Shown piece by piece: positions 19,040 to 28,165 of a stretch of 64,000 bases of DNA. Under the pieces are notes generated by a model. The model had not been told where the DNA came from, searched no databases, and worked only from the letters and a program-made list of their open reading frames with translations. Source of the DNA: Spirochaetota bacterium (lineage in GTDB: Bacteria; Spirochaetota; UBA4802; JAFGDQ01); assembly GCA_016934735.1 (NCBI GenBank), contig JAFGSG010000055.1, forward strand, positions 2,111 to 66,110, given 5' to 3'. The position numbers and the translations under genes were made by a program. Position 1 is the stretch's first letter. The number at the start of each line of letters is the position of its first letter.

Positions 19040-20398
19040 TCATCTTTTATTATAATTGTTTTTTACCCGCGCTTTTTTTAGAAACTCTGAAATTAAAAAC
19101 GCAAGCTCAAGGGCCTGGTTGGCATTCAGGCGGGGATCGCATCTTGTAAAATATTTTTCAGTCAGCTTATTTTCGGTAATTTCTTCTGCTCCACCGATGC
19201 ACTCTGTTACATTCTGGCCGGTCATCTCACAGTGGATACCGCCTGCATAGGTTCCTTCCGCGTAATGAATCTCAAAGAAATTTTTCACTTCTTCCAGTAT
19301 GTGGTCGAATGAACGTGTTTTTATCCCTTTATGAGTCTTTACTGTATTGCTATGCATGGGATCAGTGCACCACACCACATTGCGGCCTTCCTTTTTTACG
19401 CGTTTTATTAATGGGGGAAGTTTTTTTGTAATAAGATCGCCGATCCGCGCAATTATAGTAAGACGGCCTGCTTCGTTTTGCGGATTAACCAGGTCGATTA
19501 GACGTATTAATTCATCAGGATCCATTGAGGGTCCTGCTTTAATACCTATTGGATTTTTAATTCCTCTAATGAACTCTATGTGAGCCTTGTCTGATTGACG
19601 GGTCCTGTCGCCTACCCATAGCATGTGAGCTGAGTAGTCATACCAGTCTCCGGTGAGGGCATCCTGCCGGGTTAATGCCTCTTCATAGTTCAGGAGAAGT
19701 GCCTCATGAGAGGTGTACAATGTTGTTTCACGTATGCTCGGCATGTCTACGCCGCATGCTTCCATGAATGCAAGCGCTTCTCCGATGCGGTCTGCAAGAT
19801 TCTGATAACGCTCGCCTAACGGGCTTTCCTTGACAAACTCAAGGTTCCATTGATGCACCTGATGCAGGTCTGCCAGGCCGCCTTTTGTGAACGCTCTGAG
19901 CAGATTAAGCGTTGTGGCAGACTGATTATATGTCTGGATTAACCGGTTTGGATCAGGAGTGCGAGCATCTTTAGTGAAAGTAATGTCGTTTACTGCATCT
20001 CCGAAATAGCTAGGAAGTTCAACGCCGTCAATGATTTCAGTTTTACTTGAGCGCGGTTTGGCAAACTGGCCTGCTAACCGGCCGACTTTTACAATCTGAC
20101 AGCTTCCCGCGTATGTCAGAACTACAGCCATTTGAAGGATTACTTTACAGGTATCCTGTATGTTTGTTGCGTTAAAATCGTCAAAGCTTTCGGCACAGTC
20201 TCCGCCCTGCAGGAGAAAAGCCTCCCTGCCGTTGACTTTAGCTAATTGTTTTTTTAATTCCTGGACCTCATTAGAAAATACCAGAGGAGGAAATTTAGTA
20301 AGCCGGGACTCGGACCTGCTGAGTTTTGAAGGATCAGGATATTCCGGCTTCTGTTCAATTGGTTTATCGCGCCAGCTTGAAGGAGTCCATTTATTCAT
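19040..20398 (-). CDS. Class II 3-deoxy-7-phosphoheptulonate (DAHP) synthase
   Basis: [12 protein letters not shown] and [11 protein letters not shown]...[15 protein letters not shown] collinear with class II (AroAII, M. tuberculosis AroG-type) enzymes. Confidence 0.85.
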   Translation of the reverse strand: MNKWTPSSWRDKPIEQKPEYPDPSKLSRSESRLTKFPPLVFSNEVQELKKQLAKVNGREAFLLQGGDCAESFDDFNATNIQDTCKVILQMAVVLTYAGSCQIVKVGRLAGQFAKPRSSKTEIIDGVELPSYFGDAVNDITFTKDARTPDPNRLIQTYNQSATTLNLLRAFTKGGLADLHQVHQWNLEFVKESPLGERYQNLADRIGEALAFMEACGVDMPSIRETTLYTSHEALLLNYEEALTRQDALTGDWYDYSAHMLWVGDRTRQSDKAHIEFIRGIKNPIGIKAGPSMDPDELIRLIDLVNPQNEAGRLTIIARIGDLITKKLPPLIKRVKKEGRNVVWCTDPMHSNTVKTHKGIKTRSFDHILEEVKNFFEIHYAEGTYAGGIHCEMTGQNVTECIGGAEEITENKLTEKYFTRCDPRLNANQALELAFLISEFLKKARVKNNYNKR

Positions 20399-20535
20399 TT
20401 TAGTCTGCTTCTATTAAAAGAATTAGTATAATTTATATTTTTATCCTTATTCTTTAGAGTCTTATATATTACAAGAACTTTTCAATATCTCCGAATAATT
20501 GTTATCTCTGTATTTTGGATGATATTATTTGTAAC

Positions 20536-21339
20536 TCACTTTAAATATTTTGAAATAAATGAATCAATTCCTGATTCATATTCATTTCTTGATTCAAGAA
20601 AGCCTCTGTTATGGCTTCCTGAAATAACTAATAATTCCTTAGGTTCATTCGCTGCATGGAATATTTTTTCACCCTGAGAAAACGGAGAAATTTCATCATC
20701 TTTACTGTGAATAATAAGCACAGGGCATTTTATTTTCTGCAGATGCCTGTAAGTGCTGTAGCTGTCCCCGAAAATTAGTTTGCCGGGAAACCATGGATAG
20801 CGGTCATGCGATACATCTGTTAAGGATCTGAACGATGATTCAATAATCAGAATTCCCGGAGTATAAGAATCCGCCAGCCAGGCGGATATGGATCCGCCGA
20901 GAGATCTTCCGAAAATAATTATCTTTCTGCGCTCAATACCACGTTCATTAACAAGGTAAAGCCATGCAGCTTCCGAGTCCATATATGTACCCATTTCTGA
21001 AGGCTCTCCTTCGCTTTCTCCGTAACCGCGGTAGTCGTAAATAAATACGCTTAGACTAAGTTTGTTGAAAATTTGTATTATTTCCAGACAATGGGAAATG
21101 TTCCCTGAATTTCCATGTGAATATAAAACGACGCCTTTTGCCTGGTCAGATGGTATCCACCATCCGATGATTATAGTATCATCTTTTGTTTTCAAGCGGA
21201 TTGATTCAAAATTTAGGTCTATATCCGAAGGCGTAGCTTTTATTTCTTTTTCAGGATAATACATGAAGTAAGGACGGCCTGCACAAAACAGGTTTGATAG
21301 AACGGCCAGAGCAATAATATAAAAAATAATTTTTTTCAT
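20536..21339 (-). CDS. Secreted alpha/beta-hydrolase (esterase/thioesterase-like); likely start is the MKKIIFYIIALAVLS signal peptide at 21339 rather than the ORF-track start 21384
   Basis: GRSLGGSISAWLA GxSxG nucleophile elbow, later Asp/His; N-terminal signal peptide. Confidence 0.7.
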   Translation of the reverse strand: MKKIIFYIIALAVLSNLFCAGRPYFMYYPEKEIKATPSDIDLNFESIRLKTKDDTIIIGWWIPSDQAKGVVLYSHGNSGNISHCLEIIQIFNKLSLSVFIYDYRGYGESEGEPSEMGTYMDSEAAWLYLVNERGIERRKIIIFGRSLGGSISAWLADSYTPGILIIESSFRSLTDVSHDRYPWFPGKLIFGDSYSTYRHLQKIKCPVLIIHSKDDEISPFSQGEKIFHAANEPKELLVISGSHNRGFLESRNEYESGIDSFISKYLK

Positions 21340-21364
21340 AAACTTTATTGGAAGCCATCTCAAA

Positions 21365-21445
21365 AATAGAATTCTCCGGGGCAATCCCCTGGTACTGACT
21401 TACCGGCCGCCAACTTCGGTGTCGGCGGGGTATTACGCCTTGAAA
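21365..21445 (-). ncRNA. GC-rich structured element copy 2 (minus strand) in the 5' leader of the alpha/beta-hydrolase gene
   Basis: Reverse complement taataccccgccgacaccgaagttggcggccggtaagtcagtaccaggggattgccccggag aligns to copy 1. Confidence 0.45.
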
Positions 21446-21553
21446 TAATGTAAAGACAGGAGAAATCGGCCTAAATTAAATTTAAAATTTTTTTGGCTTC
21501 ATAATATTTAACTTTAGCTGCGATTTGTTCCTGTAGTCTGCTAATCTCGTGAT

Positions 21554-22795
21554 TCACGGGTGCCCCCATGCAAACAGCATGACTGCTCTAATTTCGTGAC
21601 AGCCTTTTTCGGTTGTTCCGGCCGGGCTGTTGCGCCGCTGCGCATCAATACCATATCCATAGTCGATAAAAACCGGTATAAGATCAGCGATTTTCATTGA
21701 AAGGTATATGGAAATGCTTTGATAATATTTTCTCGGGTAATCCATGACTCCGGTAACTTTATTGTCTTTCGACATATAGAGAATATAATAAGCAGGTTCA
21801 ATTCTGGCTTCCAGAATTCCAAGAGGGATGCCGAATTTTAAATTTGCGATCAGATATTTGTTATGATAAAATTCACAGAAAAAATATCCGGGAATAGCGG
21901 CATGATCAGCTATCAGAGACCCGATCTTTTCCGCATTGTTTCTGTCTGTATTAAACTGCAAGGAGGCAACCGTTTCAAATTTAATATTATAATCATCCCA
22001 AAATTTATAATATAATCCAAGATCAAGATAGTATTTATATACTGAAGGTTTATCGGAAGTATCGGGTACTGTACCGTCGCTCATATTCCTGTCGTTAAAT
22101 GAATAGCCGGATCTATAACTATAATTATATTTAGCCGTTGCGAGGAATCCATTTTTTATAAGGCCGGAGTTTTTTTCACTGATTTTTTTTAATTGAAGTT
22201 GAATGCAGGCGTTATGTTCCGTATGCGCGTCCGGATTGGCCATATTCGCATTATTATCTGAATTATAGTAGTGATAGACTGGAAGGTAGTTTATACCCGT
22301 ATTGAATATTTTAGACCAGTTATATCTTAAATATAATTCCGCACCCATGTAATATCCTTTATTTTCGTTTTTACTATCAGTATAGCCTTTATTATAATCT
22401 GAATACGCGCCGTAGATAGTGTGTCCCCAGATTGGTTTTATTCCTGTGTTGTATTTTTCATTATGTGTGCCGAGCGCAGCAAATACGGTTGTTGTCCGGG
22501 CTCCGATCTCACAATATGAATTTTTTGAATTACTGTAATACTGCCAGTAGCTTAAATACATAATGGGTGATGTTTTATTCTTACCGTTGCTGAATGGCAG
22601 GTCTGCTCCGGCTGCCGATATTAAAGCGTATTCCCTCTTATAACTGCCTTCAGCATATATTACTGTAGATAAAAGTATTAGAATAGTAATAAACCATTTT
22701 ATTAAATTAATAGACAGAATTATTCTCCCGCTCAATTTTAGTAATGAATAATCAAACCAATATAAAATAGTATTTATTGAGAGTATAATTATCAA
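21554..22795 (-). CDS. Hypothetical Tyr/Asn-rich outer-membrane beta-barrel-like protein (start uncertain)
   Basis: Hydrophobic signal-like segment then alternating aromatic-rich strands; no catalytic motif. Confidence 0.45.
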   Translation of the reverse strand: MIIILSINTILYWFDYSLLKLSGRIILSINLIKWFITILILLSTVIYAEGSYKREYALISAAGADLPFSNGKNKTSPIMYLSYWQYYSNSKNSYCEIGARTTTVFAALGTHNEKYNTGIKPIWGHTIYGAYSDYNKGYTDSKNENKGYYMGAELYLRYNWSKIFNTGINYLPVYHYYNSDNNANMANPDAHTEHNACIQLQLKKISEKNSGLIKNGFLATAKYNYSYRSGYSFNDRNMSDGTVPDTSDKPSVYKYYLDLGLYYKFWDDYNIKFETVASLQFNTDRNNAEKIGSLIADHAAIPGYFFCEFYHNKYLIANLKFGIPLGILEARIEPAYYILYMSKDNKVTGVMDYPRKYYQSISIYLSMKIADLIPVFIDYGYGIDAQRRNSPAGTTEKGCHEIRAVMLFAWGHP

Positions 22796-22858
22796 TTCTT
22801 TTATTTAACTTATTGTTATATTTGATATAATCAAGGTGTACATACGCGGCAGGAGAAT

Positions 22859-23551
22859 ATGCTAATGAAATATAAACGAAAAGAGTTTCAGATATATCTT
22901 AAACCAACTGAATTTATAAACAGCGATTCGCAGGATGTAATTGCATATGCAGAATCAGTTGCCGGAACTGAAAATTCGGATATTGATAAAGCAGTTAAAC
23001 TTTATTATGCTGTAAGAGACGATATCAGTTATGACCCGTACAGGATTGATTTAAGCAGACACGGTTTGAAGGCAAGCACAACGCTGGAGAAAAAATACGG
23101 TTTTTGCATATCAAAAGCAGTTTTACTTGCTGCAACTGCACGTGTTATGCATATTCCGAGCCGTCTGCATTTCGCCGATGTTAAGAATCATCTTACAAGC
23201 AGGCGTTTGTATGAAATGATGCAGTCGGATATATTCGTTTATCATGCATATGCGGAATTGTATCTTGAGGATAAATGGGTAAAGGCAACGCCGGCCTTCA
23301 ACCGCTTGCTTTGCAGAGTCAGCGGAGTTGAACCTCTTGAATTTGACGGCAGGAACGATTCCATCTTTCAGCAGTTCGATCTAAAAGGCAATAAGTTCAT
23401 GGATTATATAAACGACAGGGGGAGTTTCGCGGATGTTCCTTATGAAGAATTGTTCAATGCGTTTAAGATTTATCATCAAAAATTGATTGATAAGGATCTG
23501 TCGGAAATAGAAGGGGTTTTTGAAAAGGAAGTGGATGTATCTATTGAATAA
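22859..23551 (+). CDS. Transglutaminase-like superfamily protein (Cys-His-Asp putative protease/transglutaminase)
   Basis: KYGFCISKAVLLAATARVMHIPSRL...HAYAELYLEDKWV core. Confidence 0.65.
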   Translation: MLMKYKRKEFQIYLKPTEFINSDSQDVIAYAESVAGTENSDIDKAVKLYYAVRDDISYDPYRIDLSRHGLKASTTLEKKYGFCISKAVLLAATARVMHIPSRLHFADVKNHLTSRRLYEMMQSDIFVYHAYAELYLEDKWVKATPAFNRLLCRVSGVEPLEFDGRNDSIFQQFDLKGNKFMDYINDRGSFADVPYEELFNAFKIYHQKLIDKDLSEIEGVFEKEVDVSIE

Positions 23552-24758
23552 TGTCCGTATTGAAACAGGTTACCTGGTTGCGTCCGTTCTTTTTTGAGTA
23601 ATACAGGGCTTTATCTGCCATTTCAATGAACTCTTCGACATTTTTCGGCGCAAGGTCCGGTATTGCGGCAAGACCGCCGGAGACTGTAAAATTTAAAAAA
23701 GAATTATTGTACTCGATATTTACCTGTTCGACTTTTTGTCTTATTCTTTCAACTACTATCAAAGCTTCTTTTTTTGTCGTCTCCGGTAAAATAATGGTGA
23801 ATTCTTCTCCGCCGTAACGGCAGGGAATGTCTATGGATCGTGAATTCAATAAAATTATTTTGCTCAGTTCCATGATTACCCTGTCGCCTGCCTGATGGCC
23901 GTATGTGTTGTTGAAAGTCCTGAAATTGTCAATATCGAAAATTACAATTGATAACGGATGTTTATATCTGTTTGATCTGCTCCATTCTTCGCGCAGTCTT
24001 TCTCTGAAATATTTGTTGCTGAAAAGTTTTGTCATTCCATCCCTGTTCGCCATGTCATAAAGTTCCGCATTTTTAATTGCAATTGCAGACTGGGTTGAAA
24101 TATATTGAAGCATTTCCTGATCGAATGAATCAAAATCGCCGTCTGATTTATTGATTGCTTCAATTACTCCGATGATTTCGCCTTTATAAGTAAGCGGAAC
24201 AGCTATGAGCGAACTGGTTTGTGTATTGGATTTTTTGTCGACTTTATCCGTAAACCTCGGGTCGTTCTTTGCATCGTTTATAATCATGGGATTTCCATTG
24301 CTCCATACGGTGCCGGCAATGCCTTCGCCAAGTTTCAGATTTAAATCCATTAATTGTTTGCCTTCTTCGTCTTTGCTTAAGTAAGCGAATCTTAATCTGT
24401 TCGTTTCTTTATCGACCAGGAGGACGCTGCTGGACTGGCACTGAAGCAGGCGTTTAACCTGCTGAAGAATCCTTTTCTGCACTTCTTCGCCTTCAAGGGA
24501 TTTTGTGATATATGAATTTATTTCTATTACAAGCTTTAATTTGCGTATAGTATCTTCAGAGGATTTTTTAAAATTTTCAGAATTTTTCATTTTAGGAAAA
24601 TTTAGTATATTATCTTCAGTAATCGAAGCCTTTCCTAAAATGTTTTTCTTTGCTGATATTTTTGCTTTTTTTGGCATAATTTTTTTACAGTAAAAGTTAA
24701 TCATATTATTATAATACAAATTAAACGGAATGTCAAAAAAATTGAAGATTTTCTGCAT
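23541..24758 (-). CDS. GAF-domain diguanylate cyclase (GGDEF)
   Basis: RYGGEEF active-site motif, upstream GAF-like region. Confidence 0.85.
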   Translation of the reverse strand: MQKIFNFFDIPFNLYYNNMINFYCKKIMPKKAKISAKKNILGKASITEDNILNFPKMKNSENFKKSSEDTIRKLKLVIEINSYITKSLEGEEVQKRILQQVKRLLQCQSSSVLLVDKETNRLRFAYLSKDEEGKQLMDLNLKLGEGIAGTVWSNGNPMIINDAKNDPRFTDKVDKKSNTQTSSLIAVPLTYKGEIIGVIEAINKSDGDFDSFDQEMLQYISTQSAIAIKNAELYDMANRDGMTKLFSNKYFRERLREEWSRSNRYKHPLSIVIFDIDNFRTFNNTYGHQAGDRVIMELSKIILLNSRSIDIPCRYGGEEFTIILPETTKKEALIVVERIRQKVEQVNIEYNNSFLNFTVSGGLAAIPDLAPKNVEEFIEMADKALYYSKKNGRNQVTCFNTDIIQ

Positions 24759-24939
24759 TTTTTAAAAAAATATTATTTATAGTTATTCTCGTCAACATAC
24801 ATTTATTTGTATAATATTTTTTAAATTAATGTTTTTTATCCTGATTTTTGGTTGCTATTCTTCAGCTTAAATTCAATAATGCGGCCGGATAGAATAAATT
24901 TGTTAAATTTTAAATAATTTATTTTATGGAGGAGATTTC

Positions 24940-26004
24940 ATGAAAGAAAAAGAGAAAAGACTTTTAATAATAGCCGTTCGTCTTTTTACTGTTTTTGCCG
25001 TGGTTTTAATATTTGCAATAAAGGCATATTCGGCGCAGATTTCCTTTATGGCTGGAGATGTTAAAGTTATAAAAAAAGGCAAGGCATCAGCTGCGCAGTT
25101 TCAAATGACGCTTTACTCAGGCGATATCCTTAAAACCGGCAAAGGAGCGTTTGCCGATATTTTATATGAAGACGGCAGCGTTATTAAAATAAAAGAAAAC
25201 AGCAGTATTATTGTAGGAAATAAGAGTGCAAAGGGATCCGATTCCCTGTCTGTAACGTCAGGTATAATAAGCGCAAAATTCGCAAAATTACAGAAAGACT
25301 CTGCACGCAGGGTTTACACGCCCACAACTGTCTGCGCTATCAGAGGAACTGAATTTGAAGTCGCGGTGAGTGATAGTGCTGATTCAAAAATACAGTTGTC
25401 CGAGGGCGCTCTTCAATTGCTGAATCCTTATGGCAAGCTTGATATCGAAGGAGATGAAGGAGCAGAAGTTGTTGTAGCTGAGGCGCCGGCTGAGGCCGGG
25501 AACGGCGAACTTGTCCAATGGAAAAATGAACAGGAAAACCAACTTGATAAGAATCCGGAACAGAAAGCCGATGCTTTCAGCCAGTATGTTAAAGATTTCC
25601 GGAAACGAAGCGAGAGCGCGTCAAAAAATATCAGCAATTTGGAAAAGAAAAGAAGCACTGTTATTAAAGGCGGCAAAGATAAACTCGATAAGGCAAATAA
25701 AGATTTAGATAATATAGAGAACGATGTTGAAAATGATCTGTATATGAATAATGCGGCCAATAATTCCATTGATGGAATTCTAAGTCGCTTTCGAAATGAT
25801 AAAAAAGGCATGTACGATAAATTCCTGAAAGTTAAAGCTGAGTCAAATAAGGTTATGGATCAGCAGAAGAAAAATTTTACAGCCATAGCTGCTGTAAAAG
25901 AAGCTTATCGTAAAGCTTACGATGATATTTTGAAAAAACATAAAGAGGGTATAGATAAAATAAAAGGCGGTTTTGATAAGGAATCTGTTAAACCGAAAAA
26001 GTAA
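24940..26004 (+). CDS. Secreted FecR-domain protein with Lys-rich coiled-coil C-terminus
   Basis: Signal/TM segment, GDVKVIKKG...GDILKTGKGAFADI...CAIRGTEFEV FecR-like beta fold; paralogous to 62438..63532. Confidence 0.6.
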   Translation: MKEKEKRLLIIAVRLFTVFAVVLIFAIKAYSAQISFMAGDVKVIKKGKASAAQFQMTLYSGDILKTGKGAFADILYEDGSVIKIKENSSIIVGNKSAKGSDSLSVTSGIISAKFAKLQKDSARRVYTPTTVCAIRGTEFEVAVSDSADSKIQLSEGALQLLNPYGKLDIEGDEGAEVVVAEAPAEAGNGELVQWKNEQENQLDKNPEQKADAFSQYVKDFRKRSESASKNISNLEKKRSTVIKGGKDKLDKANKDLDNIENDVENDLYMNNAANNSIDGILSRFRNDKKGMYDKFLKVKAESNKVMDQQKKNFTAIAAVKEAYRKAYDDILKKHKEGIDKIKGGFDKESVKPKK

Positions 26005-26017
26005 ATAAATATTTTAC

Positions 26018-26049
26018 AGCAGGGGCGGGTTTGGAATCCGCTCCTGCTG
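26018..26049. terminator. GC hairpin cagcaggggcgg...ccgctcctgctg between convergent genes
   Basis: 12-bp near-perfect stem read from sequence; A/T flanks. Confidence 0.55.
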
Positions 26050-26065
26050 CTAAGTGTATGAATAA

Positions 26066-27130
26066 TCAGTATTTATTCACAATTCTCTTCTGATAAAATT
26101 TCGGCATGGCCAGCAGGACTTCCACAAAACAGGCCATCCAGCATTTGTGGCATTTTCTGTAGCCTTCAACATCCTTTCTATATTTTTCAGTTAATAAAAT
26201 CTCTTCAAGAGCTGATTTGTGAATGTTCCCGATCGGTTCTCTGCTGCAGAGCGAAACATCACCGTTAGGATCAACGAATATTTTGTATGTTTTAAATATG
26301 CCTGTCAGATACGGGCAGTATTTGTCTGTTTCGTCCTTTACAAATTTTGGAATGCTTAAAAGAAAATCCCTTGAGCATGCTATGTTTTTTTTAGTAGCGG
26401 CAAGGGCGATAACTTTCTCAAGTTCGTCGCTGTAATGTAATGTCTGCAGGTCGGGATTGCTGCCATCCTGATAGAAGAAGCAGTTCCAGGGCGCGAGAGT
26501 CTGAGTCCACCCGTATTTTTCGGAAATTTTCAGTATTTTCGGGATCTGCTCAAGGTTCTGGTCGCATATCACGGTATTCATGTTAAGCGTGGAATTTGAT
26601 TTCATGTCTTTCCTTAACTGAGTGACCAGTTCAATATTCTTCAACACTCTTTCTGATACGTTTTTTGCACCGCGCAGCTTATCCGCAATTTTGCCCAGTC
26701 CGTCGAAAGAGGTGCCTATTCTGATGTTATTTCTTAATGCAGCTTCAGCGAACGGGACAATTATTTTTTCATCCGCGTATAGATTGGAGTTAACATTTAC
26801 ACCGAACGGGAATTTATCCGCGAAGAAATCTAGAATTTGCGGGATATCCCTTACCAAAGAAGGCTCTCCGCCGGAAATTGTTAATGAAGCGATCGAATAT
26901 GGCTTGAGTTTATTATATATTTCCATGCAGTCGTCAATATTCGTACTTACTCCGCCTTTTCTTCCTGTAATAACTGCATTGCACATCGGACATTGCTGGT
27001 TGCATATATTTGTAACATTCAGATTCAGATTAAATACAAGCGGTTTTCCGCGGAAATATTTCCAGGCGTACATTGCGCCTGCTTTGGCAATTTTACCTGC
27101 CTTTAAATTAAAGATTTTTGATTTACTCAT
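26066..27130 (-). CDS. Radical SAM protein with C-terminal Cys-rich (SPASM/twitch-like) region
   Basis: CNQQCPMC (Cx3Cx2C), GGEPSL; C-terminal CPYL...DVSLCS...CHKCWMAC. Confidence 0.75.
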   Translation of the reverse strand: MSKSKIFNLKAGKIAKAGAMYAWKYFRGKPLVFNLNLNVTNICNQQCPMCNAVITGRKGGVSTNIDDCMEIYNKLKPYSIASLTISGGEPSLVRDIPQILDFFADKFPFGVNVNSNLYADEKIIVPFAEAALRNNIRIGTSFDGLGKIADKLRGAKNVSERVLKNIELVTQLRKDMKSNSTLNMNTVICDQNLEQIPKILKISEKYGWTQTLAPWNCFFYQDGSNPDLQTLHYSDELEKVIALAATKKNIACSRDFLLSIPKFVKDETDKYCPYLTGIFKTYKIFVDPNGDVSLCSREPIGNIHKSALEEILLTEKYRKDVEGYRKCHKCWMACFVEVLLAMPKFYQKRIVNKY

Positions 27131-28148
27131 TATTAGTTTCCCGTAAATATTTTTCCTTCTCTTTGTTCACGCTACCGTAAAACAGAATAAGCATACCGAT
27201 ACCTGACCAGATAAATTTCCGAAGCCGCTGTATAATCCCAACGGTTAATCCGATTGCCGGGTCATACCCCAGGAATTTAAGCGCGCCTGCAAAGGAAGCT
27301 TCGCTTGTGCCTATATTTGCAGGCATAAAAAAGACAATGCTGGTTAAAAACAGCGTAAATATATAAATGAACATTGAATTTATAAGGGTGACATCGGTAT
27401 TTATAAATTTGAGAATAAGATAAACCTCAAGTGTCCCGGTTGTCAACACTGATATGTATCGTATAGCAAGAGATTTAATAAATCTTCTCAGATTGTTTTT
27501 ACCGGTTAAAATAATACTAATCTCTTTGTCTATCTCACGTATGCTTTTTAAGCGTTCTTCGGTTATGAATTTTATAGATAATTTTTCAGGAAGTTTATTT
27601 ATTATGAATTCTATAAATCCGTTTTTTTGTTTTTTCAGTACCATAAGCATTAAGATACAGACTAAAACAATAAAAATTAAAAAACCTATTGATATTCCCT
27701 TCGGAAGATTTAAAATAAAAAAGCTGCATATAATGCCGGTCAGAATCAAAAGAGTATTGGAAAGCGAGTGTACTGTTCTGTCGAGCACGACCGAAGCCAG
27801 CGCTGTCTTGAAAGGAATATGGTTTTTCATGAAGAGCGCTTTAATTGGATCGCCGGCAACGGATCCGATTGCATTAATTGACGAAGTCGAATCCCCCGCA
27901 ATTCTCGCGAGTATAAGCCTGCAGAAAATTCTGCCCGTAACGGGATAATTTATCAGGATTTTCCATGCATAAGATAATATAATATTATTAAAAAGAAAAA
28001 GCGAAACAACTATTAAAAAGCGCCAGCCGAGAAGCATTATATCATTAATAAACTTTTCAATTCCAAAACTTTTAAAAAGCAGGATTAAAATTATAATTCC
28101 GAATATTAAAAAAACAATTTGTGTTTTATTTAATTTTAGAAATTTCAT
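27123..28148 (-). CDS. UPF0104 / lysylphosphatidylglycerol-synthase-TM-like (flippase-like) integral membrane protein
   Basis: Eight or more hydrophobic helices, about 340 aa; overlaps the radical SAM gene by 8 nt. Confidence 0.55.
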   Translation of the reverse strand: MKFLKLNKTQIVFLIFGIIILILLFKSFGIEKFINDIMLLGWRFLIVVSLFLFNNIILSYAWKILINYPVTGRIFCRLILARIAGDSTSSINAIGSVAGDPIKALFMKNHIPFKTALASVVLDRTVHSLSNTLLILTGIICSFFILNLPKGISIGFLIFIVLVCILMLMVLKKQKNGFIEFIINKLPEKLSIKFITEERLKSIREIDKEISIILTGKNNLRRFIKSLAIRYISVLTTGTLEVYLILKFINTDVTLINSMFIYIFTLFLTSIVFFMPANIGTSEASFAGALKFLGYDPAIGLTVGIIQRLRKFIWSGIGMLILFYGSVNKEKEKYLRETNNE

Positions 28149-28165
28149 TATATTCAGGGATTAAT

